Source: Salpingoeca rosetta (taxonomy: Eukaryota > Protista > Choanoflagellata). Taken from it: 42,440 bases of DNA. The stretch spans positions 1,272,642 through 1,315,081 of the forward strand of contig JAWQFM010000002.1 in the NCBI GenBank assembly GCA_033442325.1. Reading direction: 5' to 3'. The notes beneath the pieces were generated by a model. That model searched no databases, had not been told where the DNA came from, and worked only from the letters and a program-made list of their open reading frames with translations. Numbering within the stretch: position 1 is the first letter of the stretch; each line of letters opens with the position of its first letter. The translations under genes and the position numbers were made by a program. Of this stretch, positions 1-14,449 are shown piece by piece.

Positions 1-166
<166 letters not shown>

Positions 167-236
167 TTATCTCCTTCGGTATTTGTGTCGCTTGCTTTCC
201 TCACAACCACGCACAACTGCGCTTGTTATCGTACAG

Positions 237-642
237 GCATATGACCAACATCTCAACATGGTGTTGAGCGACGTCGTTGAAACGATCACAACCTCGGAAA
301 TCGATGAGGAGAGCTACGAAGAAATCATCAAGGTGTGCTCAGTTGTGCGTTTGTGTGTGCAAATGTGTGCTGCATGCTGTGATGGAAGAAGCTTGTGCCC
401 AACTCCCAACACCCTCACAAAAGCACAGCCACAAATAGGCAAACACCCCACAGCACACACGCGCACTCTCACTCATTTCACATCGCTCTCACTCATTTCA
501 CATCACACACACACGACACACACACACACACACACACGACACACTCTCTCCCATCCCAACCATGCAGACGACGGAGAGAAAAATGCCAATGCTGTATGTG
601 CGTGGAGATGGTGTCATTCTTGTGGCGCCTCCCATGAGGTAG
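237..642 (+). CDS. LSM3: U6 snRNA-associated Sm-like protein LSm3, last two exons (237-332, 568-642); 5' exons lie outside the window
   Basis: GT-AG splicing gives [56 protein letters not shown], containing Sm1 and Sm2 motifs and the acidic loop typical of LSm3. Confidence 0.9.
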
Positions 643-1140
643 ACATGGCCAACAAACACGTCCCACCATCGACACCACCAACCCACACGCCCACCAACCA
701 ACCACCAACAACCGTCCTTGTGTGTTTGTTTCTGGCTTCACAACACGCCACAGTACATTACCACACCATCACAGCGTACATTGCCCGTTTTGTCGTCGTT
801 CCTTTGCTGCAAGTTGGGTTCGTTGTACTTCAGTTTCTCAGTCCATACACAGACAACACACCATGAACGTGACACCAAAGCAACAAACTCAGCCATGACA
901 AGGGCAAGTGATGACCCATCAAACAAACAGAGCAACGCAACGAAGGCAGAGCAGGAGATGTACACGAAAAAGCAACGTCAAACACAACAAACAAACAACT
1001 GCAACAAGGCCAAACACACACACACACACACTGCCGAGTTTCACAAGCACGAACGCGCGCCGCAGAGTTTCGCGCACACACACACACACATACACACACA
1101 TACACACAATCACAGAGCACGAATGAGCACGTGCGATGGC

Positions 1141-4100
1141 TCAGTAGTCGAGGGCGCATATTAACGCAACGCCCCGCTTGATCCAGTGCCGCTGTGGCTT
1201 GTCGGATGGAATCTCCAGCGGCAGCACAAAGTTGGTCGAGTGCCCGGTCGTCGACAGCGTGCCTGCGCGTTGCAGTGTCTTGTAGCACGGACACACGTAC
1301 ATGCCAGACTCTGGCACCGCGCGGTCTGGCACGGGCTTGAGCCAGATGGGCGCCATGCTCGTGTACAACTCCTTTGGTCGCGACTCGGCCAGCAGGTGCT
1401 CCTCGGCATCCCACCGGGCGCCCTCAAGGAACAGGCCGTAGATGTAGCAGCCATCCTCGGGCCTGTGTCGCCATGGTTGATGGTGAACATCATGGTGAGA
1501 CGCAGTTGTGGTGATGACACGCACAAGCAATGCACACACACACACACACACACACTGCACACACACGCGCAATGCACACACACACACGCCATCACACACA
1601 CACACACAATGCACACACACACAATGCACACACACAATGCACACACACACACACATCCAATCAACCTCCCCCCCCCCCCCCTTCATCTCCACCCCTGTCT
1701 TCATGCCACCCCAACACCACCCCCAAACTGCAAGTAACTCACTTGGTGACAATGTCTTCGTGGGAAATGCGAAGAACCTCAAAGTCAAAGGAGAGAGAGT
1801 CAATGCTGACGACGTGCTTGCGAGCATAGTTCTGAAGCGTGCCGGTCAAGAACGCCTGTGGGAAGTAGAATCCGGAAATCCAGAACGTCACGGGAATACC
1901 GTTGTCGATCCAGTGCTGAATAAACTCGACGCGCCGCAGCAAGTCCTCCACCCATGACGCAAGCGGCTTGAGCGAAGGATAGGCCTTGGCGGACCACATG
2001 TCCGGGACAATGTTGTTGAACAAGCTGTTGGACAGCAGCTCCAGCTCCTCGCTCATGACCACAAGTCCCTTCAGGGCCTTGAGCACATCGTGCAGGGACG
2101 AGTGCATCACAGACAGCAGCCGGTTAAACCGAATCACCTCCTGCACAAGTGAATAAGCAATAACAACAACGAAGATGGTGGGTGGTGTGAGGAATACGAC
2201 AACACGCTTGGTCCACACACTTTCGCACGTGCACACATGAAACGCACATAAACGTACACAAACACACATAAACAAACAACCACACACATGCACACACATC
2301 ACAGCACACATACACACATGCACACACACACGCACACAAAAGCACACACACGCACGCACACAAAAGCACACACATACACACACGCAACGCGCAGGATATG
2401 TGCAAACCTGGATGAGGACGGTGTTCATGGACTCCTCGTAGCGAACAGGGTGCTTGGTTTGCACGTGCTCCACATCCATGGGCTTTGGACAGCGCTTGAG
2501 GATGCTCTCTGCAACTTCCGTGATGACCTTCTCCCGATCGCCAGCACCCTTGCCCCCTTTGCCGCCGCCACTCGTCGCAAGAATGCCTGCAAGCAACTCG
2601 GTCGTCTCGTTGTTGGCAAAGCTGATGTTGGCGTTGTCGTGCAGACCAAAAATCTCCGGGCTGTCGTTGATGGGCAGCGACGCAATGTGCGTGAGGAAGT
2701 CCTCGTAATCCACCGCGTCCGTCTGCTTGTACACGCCAGACGGCGAGAACGCGTGGTCTGGGTCAAGCACGCTCTCGTTGTAAAAGTCCTGCAGAATCGT
2801 CATCTGGCAGCGGCGGTCCCAGTCGTCCGTGACGCGCCCGCCATAGTTGATCTGCCCAGCCGTGTACGTCAGCACCTTGTACGGCGGCGTGTCGTAGTCG
2901 TCCAGGAACATGCGCAGCTGCGTCAGGCAGATGGCCAGGTCGCTCTTGTTGTACGGGTAGCGGATGTTGAAGCCGAGCGAGCCAAACTTGCGCCGCTCAA
3001 GTAGCACGCCGTGGAACAGGCACAACGCAAACAGCAGCCGGCGGTACGATTCCGGCTTGTTGGAGTTGGTGAGGTAGTCGTCGTCAAACGCGTCAAAGGC
3101 CTCCATCAGGTTCGCCTTGATCCCGCGCGGCGGCTCAACCGTCATCTTGGACGAGTTCTGCAGCACCGACACGGGGAACTTGGGGCTGGGGATGCTGGTC
3201 AGCCAGAGCCTAAAGTCGCGGTGCACCTTGGCCGGGTCAATGTTCTCCACCAGCCGCTCCAGCGTCGGCATCCAGCTTGGCGCAAGATGGCAGTTCTGGA
3301 AGAACACCCACGTGCCGCGCTCCGTCGCCGCCTTGAACATGGCCTCCGCCCGCGGGCCCTGGCCCTGCCCGAGCGAGATGGACGCAAGCTTCTTCGTAAA
3401 CTTCATCTCCTCCGCAAACTTGTACAGGTCGGCCGCAGGGTCCGTGCCGCGTGAGAGCACAAACACGAGCGGCACCGTCGCAGACGAGTCCGGGAACACC
3501 ATGGACAGGTTGGTTGTCTGCGGCTCAATGAAGCGCTGCCCGAGGTGGCGCGCAACAAAATCTTGCATCATGGGCGACACCTTGTCCAGGCGCAGGCAGC
3601 GAATGACCAGAATCTTCTGGAAGTCGTCCAGCTCGTCCTGCCAGCGCCCGGGCAGGGGCTCGCGGTGCGGCTCGAGGCTGTCGAAGATGCGCTTGAAGCC
3701 GTCCTCCAGCTCGGCAAACTCCGTGCACAGGCCCGCAAAGCGCGGCAGGTCGGATAGCTGGCGCAGCTCCTTCCAGGCGCGCTCGTTGAGCCAGGACGGG
3801 GCCGGGTTCTCCATCTCGTCGGGGACAATGGAGCTCCCGCTGATGAGGAACCGCCACTCGGCCATGTCAATGCGGTCCTCGTTCATCAGGATGCGCGCGC
3901 ACAGCAGGAACGAGAACAGCAGCTTGTGCTTCTCAAACAGCGACCGGCATACGTTGCGGTACAGGCTGAAGGTGAAGAAGTTGTTGATGTTCTCGATGCG
4001 CTGGTCCAGCTCGTCTGCGGGCTCCGACTTCTCAATGCCCGCCAGGAAGAGGTTGCGGAACCACTCCAGCGAGTACTGGTACATCGGGTCCACGTGCGCA

Positions 4101-7100
4101 AGGTCCGTCGTGCAGAAGAACAGAATCTGCGTGCGCACGGCGACGGGCACGTACTTGCTTCTCGTCTCGTCAATGTCGCGCTCCGTCTCCTCCGCCACCT
4201 GCACCTTGGCCGTGATCTCCTGCGACTTGGCCTTGGACGCGTCCAGCGTGTTGATCAGCTCCTCGTCGTCCACGGGCGACCCCTTGGACTCGCTCAGCAT
4301 CTTCAGAATGCGGCTCTCAATCTCAGCCAGCTCCTGCTTCATCTTGGCGTTCTGGATGATGAGCGCATTCTTCGCCTCCTCCAAGTCCGGGCGCTCCTTG
4401 GCCACAACAAGGCCAAGCATCTGGTCCTCAAGCCCGCTCGGCGAGAGCGTGAAGTTGATGATGGTCACCTTTGTCGACACCTCGGGCGTGTACACCGGGT
4501 TGGGCAGCTTCGTGGTGATGTAGAACTTGAAGTCGTCGTGGTACGGGATGGTGGAGTCGCCCAGCTTGATCACCAGGCTGCCGGCCTGCTTAAACGTCTG
4601 GCGCAGCAGGATGGGCTCCAGCGCAGGGTCAAGCTCCTCCCCAACGTTCTCCAGCAGACACGGGTTGCCGAAGCGAACCGCGTTCTCGAGGCTGCGCAAA
4701 AAGTCGCGGTCTGTCAGCTTCATGGTCACCAGCTTCTCCGCCTCCATCTCCTTGATCCACTTGTTCGCCTGCGCCTGCGGGTCGATGAACAGCGGCCAGC
4801 GCTGCGAGAACTTCACCACGCACGCGTTCTCCGTGGACATGGCGTCGTTGGGCAGCCCGTGGATCTGCCAGTCACGCAGCTCCAAGGGGTCGCTCAGCGT
4901 CGACACGAGGTCCGCGCCCTCAGTGTGCGGCACGTTCAGGGCGGCAAGGTCTTCGCGCCACTGCGCCGTCAGCGCGCTGCGGTACTCGCTCGTAAATGGG
5001 CCCAGGTAGGCAACCGTGCCCGCAGACACGACGACGTCGCCCACCACGTTGACGACCAGCTTGTCGCTGCGCTCCACAGACTCCTTCCAGCGCACCTTCT
5101 CGTCGCCCAGGAGCGAGATGAGCTTCTCCGCGCGCTGCAGCTTGAGCGAGCACTCCTCCGCCTTGTCCTCCAGCTGCTGCTTCTTCGTCACCATGGCCTC
5201 GTACTTGGCCTGCATCTCCGCAATGCGGTCGTTCACCTCCTTGAGGCGCGCCTTGGCGTTGTCCAGCTGCGCCATGGTGATGGCCAGCTCCTCCTTGGCC
5301 TGCGCCAGGCGCTGCCGCTTCGGCTCCACGTTCTTCGCCACGTGGTGGTACTTGTGCATGGCGCGCACCCACTTGCAGATGGACGTGCACGCGCGCGACG
5401 ATTTCTCCACGGCCTGCGGCGTGAAGTTCTCGTTGGTCATGTACGGCTCGATGCGCGCGATAATCTTCTCCGGGATGTTGTCCTTGTCAAAGTTGAACAG
5501 CGAATCCAGGAACTTCTGCGGGTTTTGCAGCAGCGGCAGGCTTGCCGACCAGTAGTCGTCCACCTTCTCGCCCACCTTGGTGCCGGCAACCTTCTTCGGC
5601 TTCACGCCAAACATGATGCACACGGCCTCCATCACCAGCCGCACGCCGGCTGGCGGCTTCTGCATGGCCTTGACCTCCGTGATGTCGTTCTTGTTGAGCG
5701 ACTTGAGGCTGGCCACGGCCGCGTCCAGGGCCGGCAGCGCCTCGTTCAGGTCGCGCTGCGCGTCGTCCGCAATCTCCTGCGTCTCCTGCGCCTTTGCGTT
5801 GGCCTCGGCCTCCTCCTTGCCAACCTGCTTGGCCGTCTCCTCCGCAATCTTGGTGTCCTCGGCAATCTTCTTCATGGTGGCCTCCGTCTCCTCCTTGGCC
5901 TCTTTGAGCATGGGCTGCATCTGCCGCAGCTCCTCCTGCAGCTTCGCCACTTCGTCCGCCGTCTCCAGCAGCTTGTCCAGGCCAACCGCCGTGCGGTTCC
6001 TGCTCTCCAGCAGCGACTTGCGCTTCTGCCCAAGCATCTTGGAGAAGATGCCCAAGAGGTCCAGGTAGCTGGTGGGCGTGACAAAGTTGACGCGGCCAAG
6101 CTCCGCCTCAAACTGCGCAGACTTGTTGAGCACGGACTGCTGCACATTGACGCAGGCGGTGACCAGGCCGTCCACCAGCGCGTCGTCGTGGTGCAGCTCG
6201 GGCAGGTCGTTCATAAAGTACGTCGCCACAGAGCGCAGCGCCTGCTCTGGCCACGCGCTGAACCAGTCAATCGTGCAGCAGTTGACGAGCGCCGGGAACT
6301 GGCGCAGCCGCGAGCGGAACACCTCGCCAATCGGCGACATGCACACCACGCAGTGGATGTTGCGCCGCACGCGCCTGCAGTACGCAGTCATGAAGTTTGT
6401 CTTAGTGGGCGCCTGCCCCGCCGCCTGCACGACGGGCTTCATGGCGGTGAAGATCTCGTCCTGCTCCGACGGGTCGTAGATGCCCGGCACGTCGCCGCTG
6501 TTCAGGATGTTGTTCAGGTCCTCCAGGAAGCTCTCGTCCTTGATCTGCGTGTCGCTGAAGAGGAACACCACCTGCTGGTCCTGCAGGCCAGCCTTCTTCA
6601 GCACCGTGCGCAGGTCCTCCCGCCACTCCGGTAGGCCGTAGTTCTTCGACAGCTCAATCTGGAAGCACTCAAAGTCCGCCATGAACGCCGCCAGGCGCGT
6701 CATGCTCTGGCGCCCGGAGCCGCCCACGCCGAGGCACAGCGCGTTGCCGAGAGGCTGGCGGATGATGCGGCTGATGCGGCAGGCGTGCTCAATGGCGTCC
6801 TCGAACAGCACCAGCTTCATGCGCGCCGTGGTGGAGCTGTTGTAGTCCTCCAGCGCCTCGTCCATGACAGCCTTGATCTTCTCCAGGCCAGGCAGCTCCT
6901 TGTACTTGCGGTTGTCCGCAGAGCCGTCCATAAAGTCGCCATACAGCACGGGCTCGCGTGCAACGACGTCACCCCACTCGAGCGAGAACGTCTCTGTGAC
7001 GCGCCCGCGGGTGAGGGAGTTGAACCACTCGCGGTCCTCGTCGTTGATGAGGCGGTCGCGAAACACGCGCCGGCACTCGTGCGTCCACAGGCGAATCACG

Positions 7101-10100
7101 TCTGGCGTCTCGCGGAGCGTGCCCACGTCGTTCATCAGCATGCCCTGGAACACCTTGGCCAGGTCGCGCAGGTTGAACGTGTAGTGCACCTTGGCCGGCG
7201 TGGGCAGGAGCTCGCGCGTGATGGTGTCGTACACGCCAATGGTGGTGCGCACAAGCTCGGCGGCCAGGTTCTCTGCCAGGCCCTCCGTCTGCCGCAAGTA
7301 CGCGTCGAGGATGGGCTCGAAGATGGTTGCCTTCTCGCTCGAGCTCATCTCCGTGAAGGCGAGGAAGTTGAAGTGGCGCGTGAACCGCTGCGTGATTGGG
7401 TTGCGGCCGCCGCCGGGCGGGCCCATGGCGCACACAAACGTCATGTCCACGAGCTTGCGGAAGGCGCCAATGTTCTTGCGGTCGTACCAGCCACCGTGGT
7501 CTTGCCACTGGCGCAGCAGCTCAATCGGTGGCTGGGCGCCGTACTCCTCCTTGGCGGGCATGTTCAGGTCGTCAACAAAGAACACAAACTGCTTGCCGAG
7601 CGGCGGGCCGAAGATGCCCTTGCGGCGCTTGTCCAGCTTTGCATCAATCATGTCCTGTGTCTGGTTGGCGGACGTCCGCGCGGAGAAGGCAATAAAGTGC
7701 GCAATGTACTGCGAGGGCATGGAGTGCAGCAGCTTCGTGCTCACCGTGAGCGTCTTGGCCGTACCCGTGCGGCCGACAACCAGCAGCGGCTTGGAGGCCA
7801 CAACCAGCTTCTCCACCAGGTACGAGTAGCGCATCGTGTCCACCGTCGGCACGATGATGCTGGAGAACTCGTCCTTGGGGTTGACGGTGAAGTCTGGCAG
7901 GTATGTTGACCAGAGCACCCAGTGCAAGTCACCATCGCCGCCAGCAGCGGCGTCGCTGTCCTCGTCGTGGTCGCCCTCGTCCTCTTCCTCCTCGCCCGCA
8001 GCGAATGCGCCGTCGTTGCTGAGGCGGTAGTCGTACACGGTACCGTCGTCCGGGAAGGGCATGCTGGCGCCAGCGCTGGCCATGGTCTCGCGCAGCCAGG
8101 AGTCGAAGATGGCGCGGCCAGACTCGTCGCAGGACGCACCAACGGACCAGATGAGCGAGAAGATGAACCACGGCTCAATCATGGTGGGCAGCATGTCCAG
8201 GCGGTTGGCGGGGATCTCAAAGCCCTCCTTGCGGACGTAGGGCCGGAAGAAGCAGTCCAGCATCTTCATGAGGCTCACGGCCAGCTGCGAGTCGACGGTG
8301 GTGACCACCTCCTTGGTCTGGCGCCGCACCACGTGGATGGCAGGCTCCATGTATGTGGAGAAGAGGGAGCGCAGCTGGTCCGAGAACGGCTTGATGTCCT
8401 CGGGCAGGGCGCTCTGCAGCCACGAATCCACAAACGGCTGCAGGCCGAGGATGGACGGCTCGAGGTAGACCATGCCACAGCGCGACACCGTGGCCGGGGA
8501 GGCGACGGTCAGGTCCTCCACCTCGAACATCATGGTCATGGTCGGGGTGAGGGCGATAATCTCGCCAGAGGCAAGGCAGAGCTTCTTGTTGTCGTCGAGC
8601 ACGGTGTTCATGTTCTCGATCCAGATGGCATCGACGGGCCCATCAAACACAAACCAGCGCTTGTGGTCGTCGTCTGCCGCGACGCCCTGGCGAATCAGCG
8701 TGGACAGGATGCCGTCGGTCCACTCGTGGGTCATCTCGTCGAAAGCGCCGTACAGCTGGCCCATGGTGATGGACTTGGGGTTGAGCACGTTCGGGTGCAC
8801 GGGCGTGTACAAGGCGCCCGAGTCTGCGCGCTCGCCCTGCAGCGACGTTAGCGCATCGGCCAGCACCTCGTAGCAGCGCGTCTTGCCGGAGCCCGTGGGC
8901 CCAACAAGCATGAGGCCGTGGCGCACAACGGTGGTCTCGTACAGCTGGATGACCTTGGTGACAAAGCCATCGACCGGCTGCAGGTCGTGCTTGCGGCACG
9001 TGTCGCGGATGGCGACTTCCAGCGCGCCGTAGTCCACGTCGGGCTGCTTCGTCTGCGGGAAGAGATCCGACACAATGCCGTTGAAGAGGACAAGGTCGTC
9101 CACCAGGAACTTGGGCACGTTGACGTCGCGGATGGCGCGCAGCACAATCACATCCTCAGGCATGTCTGGGAAGGCGCGCTTGAGGTTGCCTGCAGCGCTA
9201 ATGACCGTCTTGACAGCACGCATGCCGAAATCGTAGTGGTCCTGGGAAGACAGCTGCTCCGAGGACAGCTTGAAGACGGTGGTGATCTTGCGCGCGAGGG
9301 ACTTGGCGTTGTCGAACCCAAATGAGTAGAGCATAATCTCTGCAATCATGGCGTAGTCTGGCACCATCATGGCGACGGGGCGGAAGAGGGCAGCGAGGTT
9401 GTCTGGCAGCTCGGTGCGGCCGGCGTAGCCGGGGTTCATGGTGATGAAGGGCGCACACGTCCAGCGCAGCGAGAGCTCCACGCCCTCGAACCAGAAGCGC
9501 TTGTCGCGGTTGCGGATGGCTTGCTGGATGGTGGACACCTGCTGTGCCACGACAGAGAGCACCTCAATGTCGATGCGGTTGAACTCGTCGAAGCACGCCC
9601 AGGCGCCGGAGGAGGCGAGGCCCTTGAAGAACTTGCCCATGGCCTGGTAGTCCAGCTGGTCGGAGCAGTTGAAGACGACGCATTGGACGCTGAGCGCCTT
9701 GGCCAGATCCTTGGTCGTCTCCGTCTTACCGGTGCCGGCGGGGCCAGCGGGCGCACCGCCATACACGAGAGCAAGGGCGCCCGTCAGGGTGAGGTAGCAG
9801 CGATCCGTGAGCGGGGTGATGACCAGGCGGCCAGAGTTGCCCAGGTACTCGTAGCCGTAGTTGAAAACGGCGTTGACGGCCTTGATGTGCAGGTCCTCGC
9901 CCTGCGGACGCTCGTCCTCCTCCCAGTAGTAGCGCAGCTGCGAGATCCACTCAAAGTCGCTCACGCGCCCGACACTCAGGTTCTTGATGTTGCCCATGAC
10001 GTCCTTGGCGTGCACCTCAATGACAATGAGGGCGGAGATGACCTTGCGCTTGATGCGGTCGAGCTTGCCGCGGATGAGGGCCACGAGGTCCAGCAGCTGC

Positions 10101-13100
10101 TTCTGCATGTTGGCGTATGCCTTCTCCAGGCCGCTGGGCCCGCCCAGGATGGCCTCCTCCACCTGCGCCGTCCACATGGCCTGGCAGCACGCAATCACAA
10201 TCTGGCCCGGCCAGTCAAGCACAAACTGGGTGCGCTCCGTGTCGGCGTAGCTCTTGAGGGCCTCGTGGAAGATGCTGCGCAGGCTGACCACCATGACGCG
10301 CTCCACCTCCAGCAGCCAGTCTTCCACGTTGCCCTTGGGGTACAGTTCCTCCTTGAACTCGACGCTCTCGCCGTCGCTCGAGTTGAAGCGCGACATGCGC
10401 AGGTCGTCCTCGAAGGTGAGCCGCGCAATGTTGTCGAAGCACTTGCGCATGTGCGGCTGCACCGCTGTCGGGTCCTTGGTCTGCGAGAGAATCTCGAGCA
10501 GCTCCTCGTCGGCGAGGAAGTAGAAGCGCGGGAACACGCCCCGCTTCGTCTCCAGGTACGCGCTCAGGCCCTTCTGCACCTGGTCCAGCAGCTTGTTGCA
10601 CTCGCGGAACGTCTCCAGCAGGTGCTGATCAGAGCAGAAGCTGATGACGCTTGGGTTGCGCTGGGCAGCGTCCATGGAGCGACGCCACATGTAGTCCACC
10701 TTCTGGTAGCGCTTCGACTCTGTGGGCAGCTGCCGCTGGATGTCCTCGGAGCTGAAGATGGGCTCGAGGTAGAGCCAGTTGCGCTGGCACACCGTCCATT
10801 CCTCAAGCACGTCCTGGGTGACACGCAGCTTGTTCTCCCATGTGGCGATGCGGTCCTCAAACGCCTTCTTGTAGGGCGAGAAGGACATGGCTTGCGTCAT
10901 GACAATGTGGTCATCCAGCAGCTGCGCGCTCTCCTCTGCAGACTTCATGATGCACGTGCCCGTCTCCTTGTAGGGCATAATCTCCAGCTGAATCGGCGCC
11001 CACTCGGCCTCCATCTTGTCCAGCGCTTGCTCAATGCCGTACTCCTTGCCCGCAATCTCGCCAACCTGTCAATGTACGTGGGTAGGTTTGGGGGGTTGTG
11101 TGGTGGATTAAGTGAGAGTATAGTTGTGGGAGTGGGTGTGGGACGGTTGGGGGTGGGAGGAGTGGGGAAGCAGAGCGAGGCGAGCGAAGGCGAGCACGCA
11201 GACATGGACAGAGACAAAGACAAAGACAGAGACAGAGACAAGGACAGAGACATAAAGAAACTGGCTCATCTAGACGTGCAGCAGCATCACAGCACACACA
11301 CACATACGCACATGCATGCACACGCATGCACATGTAGGGGCGCCCAGGCCAAACACGCTGCACACCTTTGTGATGACGTCCATGTACTTGTCAAGCTGCA
11401 GCTGCAGAACCTTCTTGAAGGTGAATCCTGCGCTCGGCTTGACGTCAAAGCCAAGGTGTTCGGAGAGCTTGGTCCAGTGCCGCTCGCGCATGCCGGGGTT
11501 GCGCAGGGCTTGGATCAGCGGTGCATATGGCTTGAACTCCTCAATCCATCCGCGCACCGTCTCGGCGACCTTGAGGCAGCCAGGCACGTCCCTGAAGGCC
11601 TTGAGGCACTTGTTGATGGTCTTTGACGCGCTGTTGATCTGCGTCTCCATCGCCTCGGGATCAAGCTCAGAGAAGTTGTCGTGCATCCACACCTACAATG
11701 TGTGCCGGTGTGGTGTTGGCGAGGGGATGGGGTGTGGAATATGGAATGTGGGTGTGGGAATGGTGAGTGTGTGATGGGATGGGTGGGAATGGGTGAGTGT
11801 GCGAATGGTGAGTGTGAAGTGGGTGTGATGTGTAGGACGGATTGTGATGTGTGGGTCGAATTGTGGTGTGTTGGAGATGTGTGCGAAGGTCGTGTTGTGT
11901 GCGGATGCCGCGCCGTGTGTGATGGCTAGCTTCGTGTTGAACGTGCAGAACAAGTGCGACAAGGGACAGGAAGGGACAGGGGTGCATCTCAAACATCAAC
12001 ACATGCAGTACACGAGCCGCCAAGGATAAAAACATAAAAGCATCGATAAACGCGTTTGGCGGCACCCGCACCTTGTGGGACTTGAGCCATTCGTCGGTGG
12101 TGAGCCAGAGGTTCTTGAAGGGCTCAAAGTCTTTGACGCAGCGGTTGAGGTGCTCGTAGTCTGTGACGGGCAGGTTGCACAGCCGCTCCCTGTTGTTGTA
12201 CTTGGTGGCCAGCTCCTGGCTCTCCTTGAGTGCCTTGGCAATCTTGCGCACCTCCACGGCAACGTGCTCCGTCTTCTTGATGTCCTGGTGCTGCGCAAAG
12301 CCGGCCACAATCATCTGCAGGCTGGCCACGTTCTCGGCAAACTCCTTCTGGTCCGTGCCGAGGTTGTCGATGAAGCGCTCCTGGTCCGAGTCCAGCACCT
12401 CCCGCGTGTTGTGCAGCTGCTCTGCAATCTTCTTGGGCCACCCGTACACGTCCCAGCGCAGGGCAAAGTCGCTGTCGGAGAGGCTGACGTTGAAGGCTTC
12501 CAGGAGGTCCCACTCTGCGAGCGTGCGCTTGATGTTTCCTTCCAGGGACTTGACCGTCTCCGGCACCGTCTTCATAAACTCGCGCTGGTCCATGAGCTCC
12601 TCGATGCCGTTTGGCCGCGAGAAGAGCACCTGCGCCATGCGGTTGAACTGGCCCGTGATCTCCGACGCCTGCGTTCGCAGTTTCGTGCACAGCAGCTCCA
12701 GCAGCGCGTCCGAGAGCTTCTTGCACTTGGCCATGAGCTTGCCGCGCAGCTCGATGCACGACACGTGGAAGATGCCAATGTCCACCGAGTTTGGAATCTC
12801 CTTGCCGATGCGCTCGCGCGCGCGCATGTGCTTCTCGCACTCCTTCTTGACGTCGTTGGCGTCGCGGTCGTCGGCCATAAACTCCTCCAGGTAGGACGCC
12901 ACGTCCAGATCAACCAGCTCGCGGTAGCGCTCGTACATGCGCAGGTACGACTCCAGCGGGCGAATGCAGCGCGAGATGTTCTCCGTCACGCTGTCGCGCA
13001 GCTCGCACACCCAGGGCTCCTGCTTGTTGACGGACTCCAGCGTGGGTGTGCCCACCCAGAAGAGGTGTGTCATGATGAGGGGCTCAATGTCGAGCATGTT

Positions 13101-14104
13101 GGCGGTGGCGGCAATGCCCTCGTCGAAGATGTGCGTGATGGTGCGGGTGAACTCCTTCATGGGCGTGGAGAAGGTGAACTCGCGGCGCTCCTCGTCCACG
13201 TTGAGCGTGATGAGGAAGAGCGGGTTGACGCCGTCGGGCGCCAGGTGCGTGTCGTACAGGTGCTCGCTGCCCCACTCGTCCGCATTGTGGCGAATGACGG
13301 GCTCTGAGCAGCGCCGCAGCGCGGTGGTGAGCCCGCGCACGGACTGCTTGACCAGCGTGCGCAGGGCGTCCTGCATGACCAGCTTGATGAGGCGGAAGAG
13401 GCGCTTGAGCTTGCCCTTGTCGTAGGCGTGCTGGTCTGTCTCCTGCAGGTTGAACCAGCCCTTGCCGAAGGAGCGCAGCGAGGAGATGACGACATTCTTG
13501 GTGGCAGGCACCCACACGTTCTTCAGGAAGCCGTGCACGTGCTGGTACGTCTGCGTCTGCATGAGCTGGAACTCGTCCAGGACCATGTACTTCATGAGGT
13601 TGATGTTGAAGAGTGACTGCGTGGTGACCTTCTCCGCCTCCAAGTGCACCTTGGCCAGCGCGTTCTTGACGGCCTTGTTGATGGTGAATGCGCCCGAGCG
13701 AATCACAGACTGCCGCTCGTCCATGTCAAACGGCGGCACGGCCACGCGCCCTTGCTCCGGCACACGCTCGCGGGGCCGGGGAGGAATGACAATGTCGGCA
13801 AAGAGGGCGGGCTGCGTGAGGCGTAGGCGCGGTAGCACCTTCTCCATGACAAGTTCGTTCATGCATCGCCCGTACAGCAGCGCCACTTCCTCCTTCAGGC
13901 GCTTGACCGTGGCCTGCTTCGTCGCGTCTCCTTTCCTGCAAGGATGGAGGAGGTGGTGAGTTTTGGGGCGGAGGAGGTGGTGAGGGTGAGGGGGATGTGG
14001 GAGGGGGGATAAGTAGGATCGTGAGAGATCATGAGCAAATGAAAACATGGCAACAGCAGGAAGGGGGCTGTAAAGGTTTGGGGGGGTGAAAACGGGCGAC
14101 TGTG

Positions 14105-14186
<82 letters not shown>

Positions 14187-14335
14187 CGACGGTACGGGTA
14201 CGGTACGNNNNNNNNNNNNNNNNNNNNNNNNNNNNNNNNNNNNNNNNNNNNNNNNNNNNNNNNNNNNNNNNNNNNNNNNNNNNNNNNNNNNNNNNNNNNN
14301 NNNNNNNTGTGTGTGTGTGTGTGTGTGTGTGGTGT

Positions 14336-14391
<56 letters not shown>

Positions 14392-14413
14392 GTCGTGTGT
14401 GTGTGTGTGTGTG

Positions 14414-14449
<36 letters not shown>

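Noticed and set aside
2141-2407. Cys/Val-rich insert in the 3091-aa dynein ORF (and similar CVCV/HTHT ORFs elsewhere)
   Set aside because: An in-frame 267-nt GT-AG intron made of GT microsatellite; not coding.
3117-13959. Long plus-strand ORFs (e.g. 3926-6634, 9521-11626)
   Set aside because: Antisense shadows of the GC3-rich dynein coding sequence.
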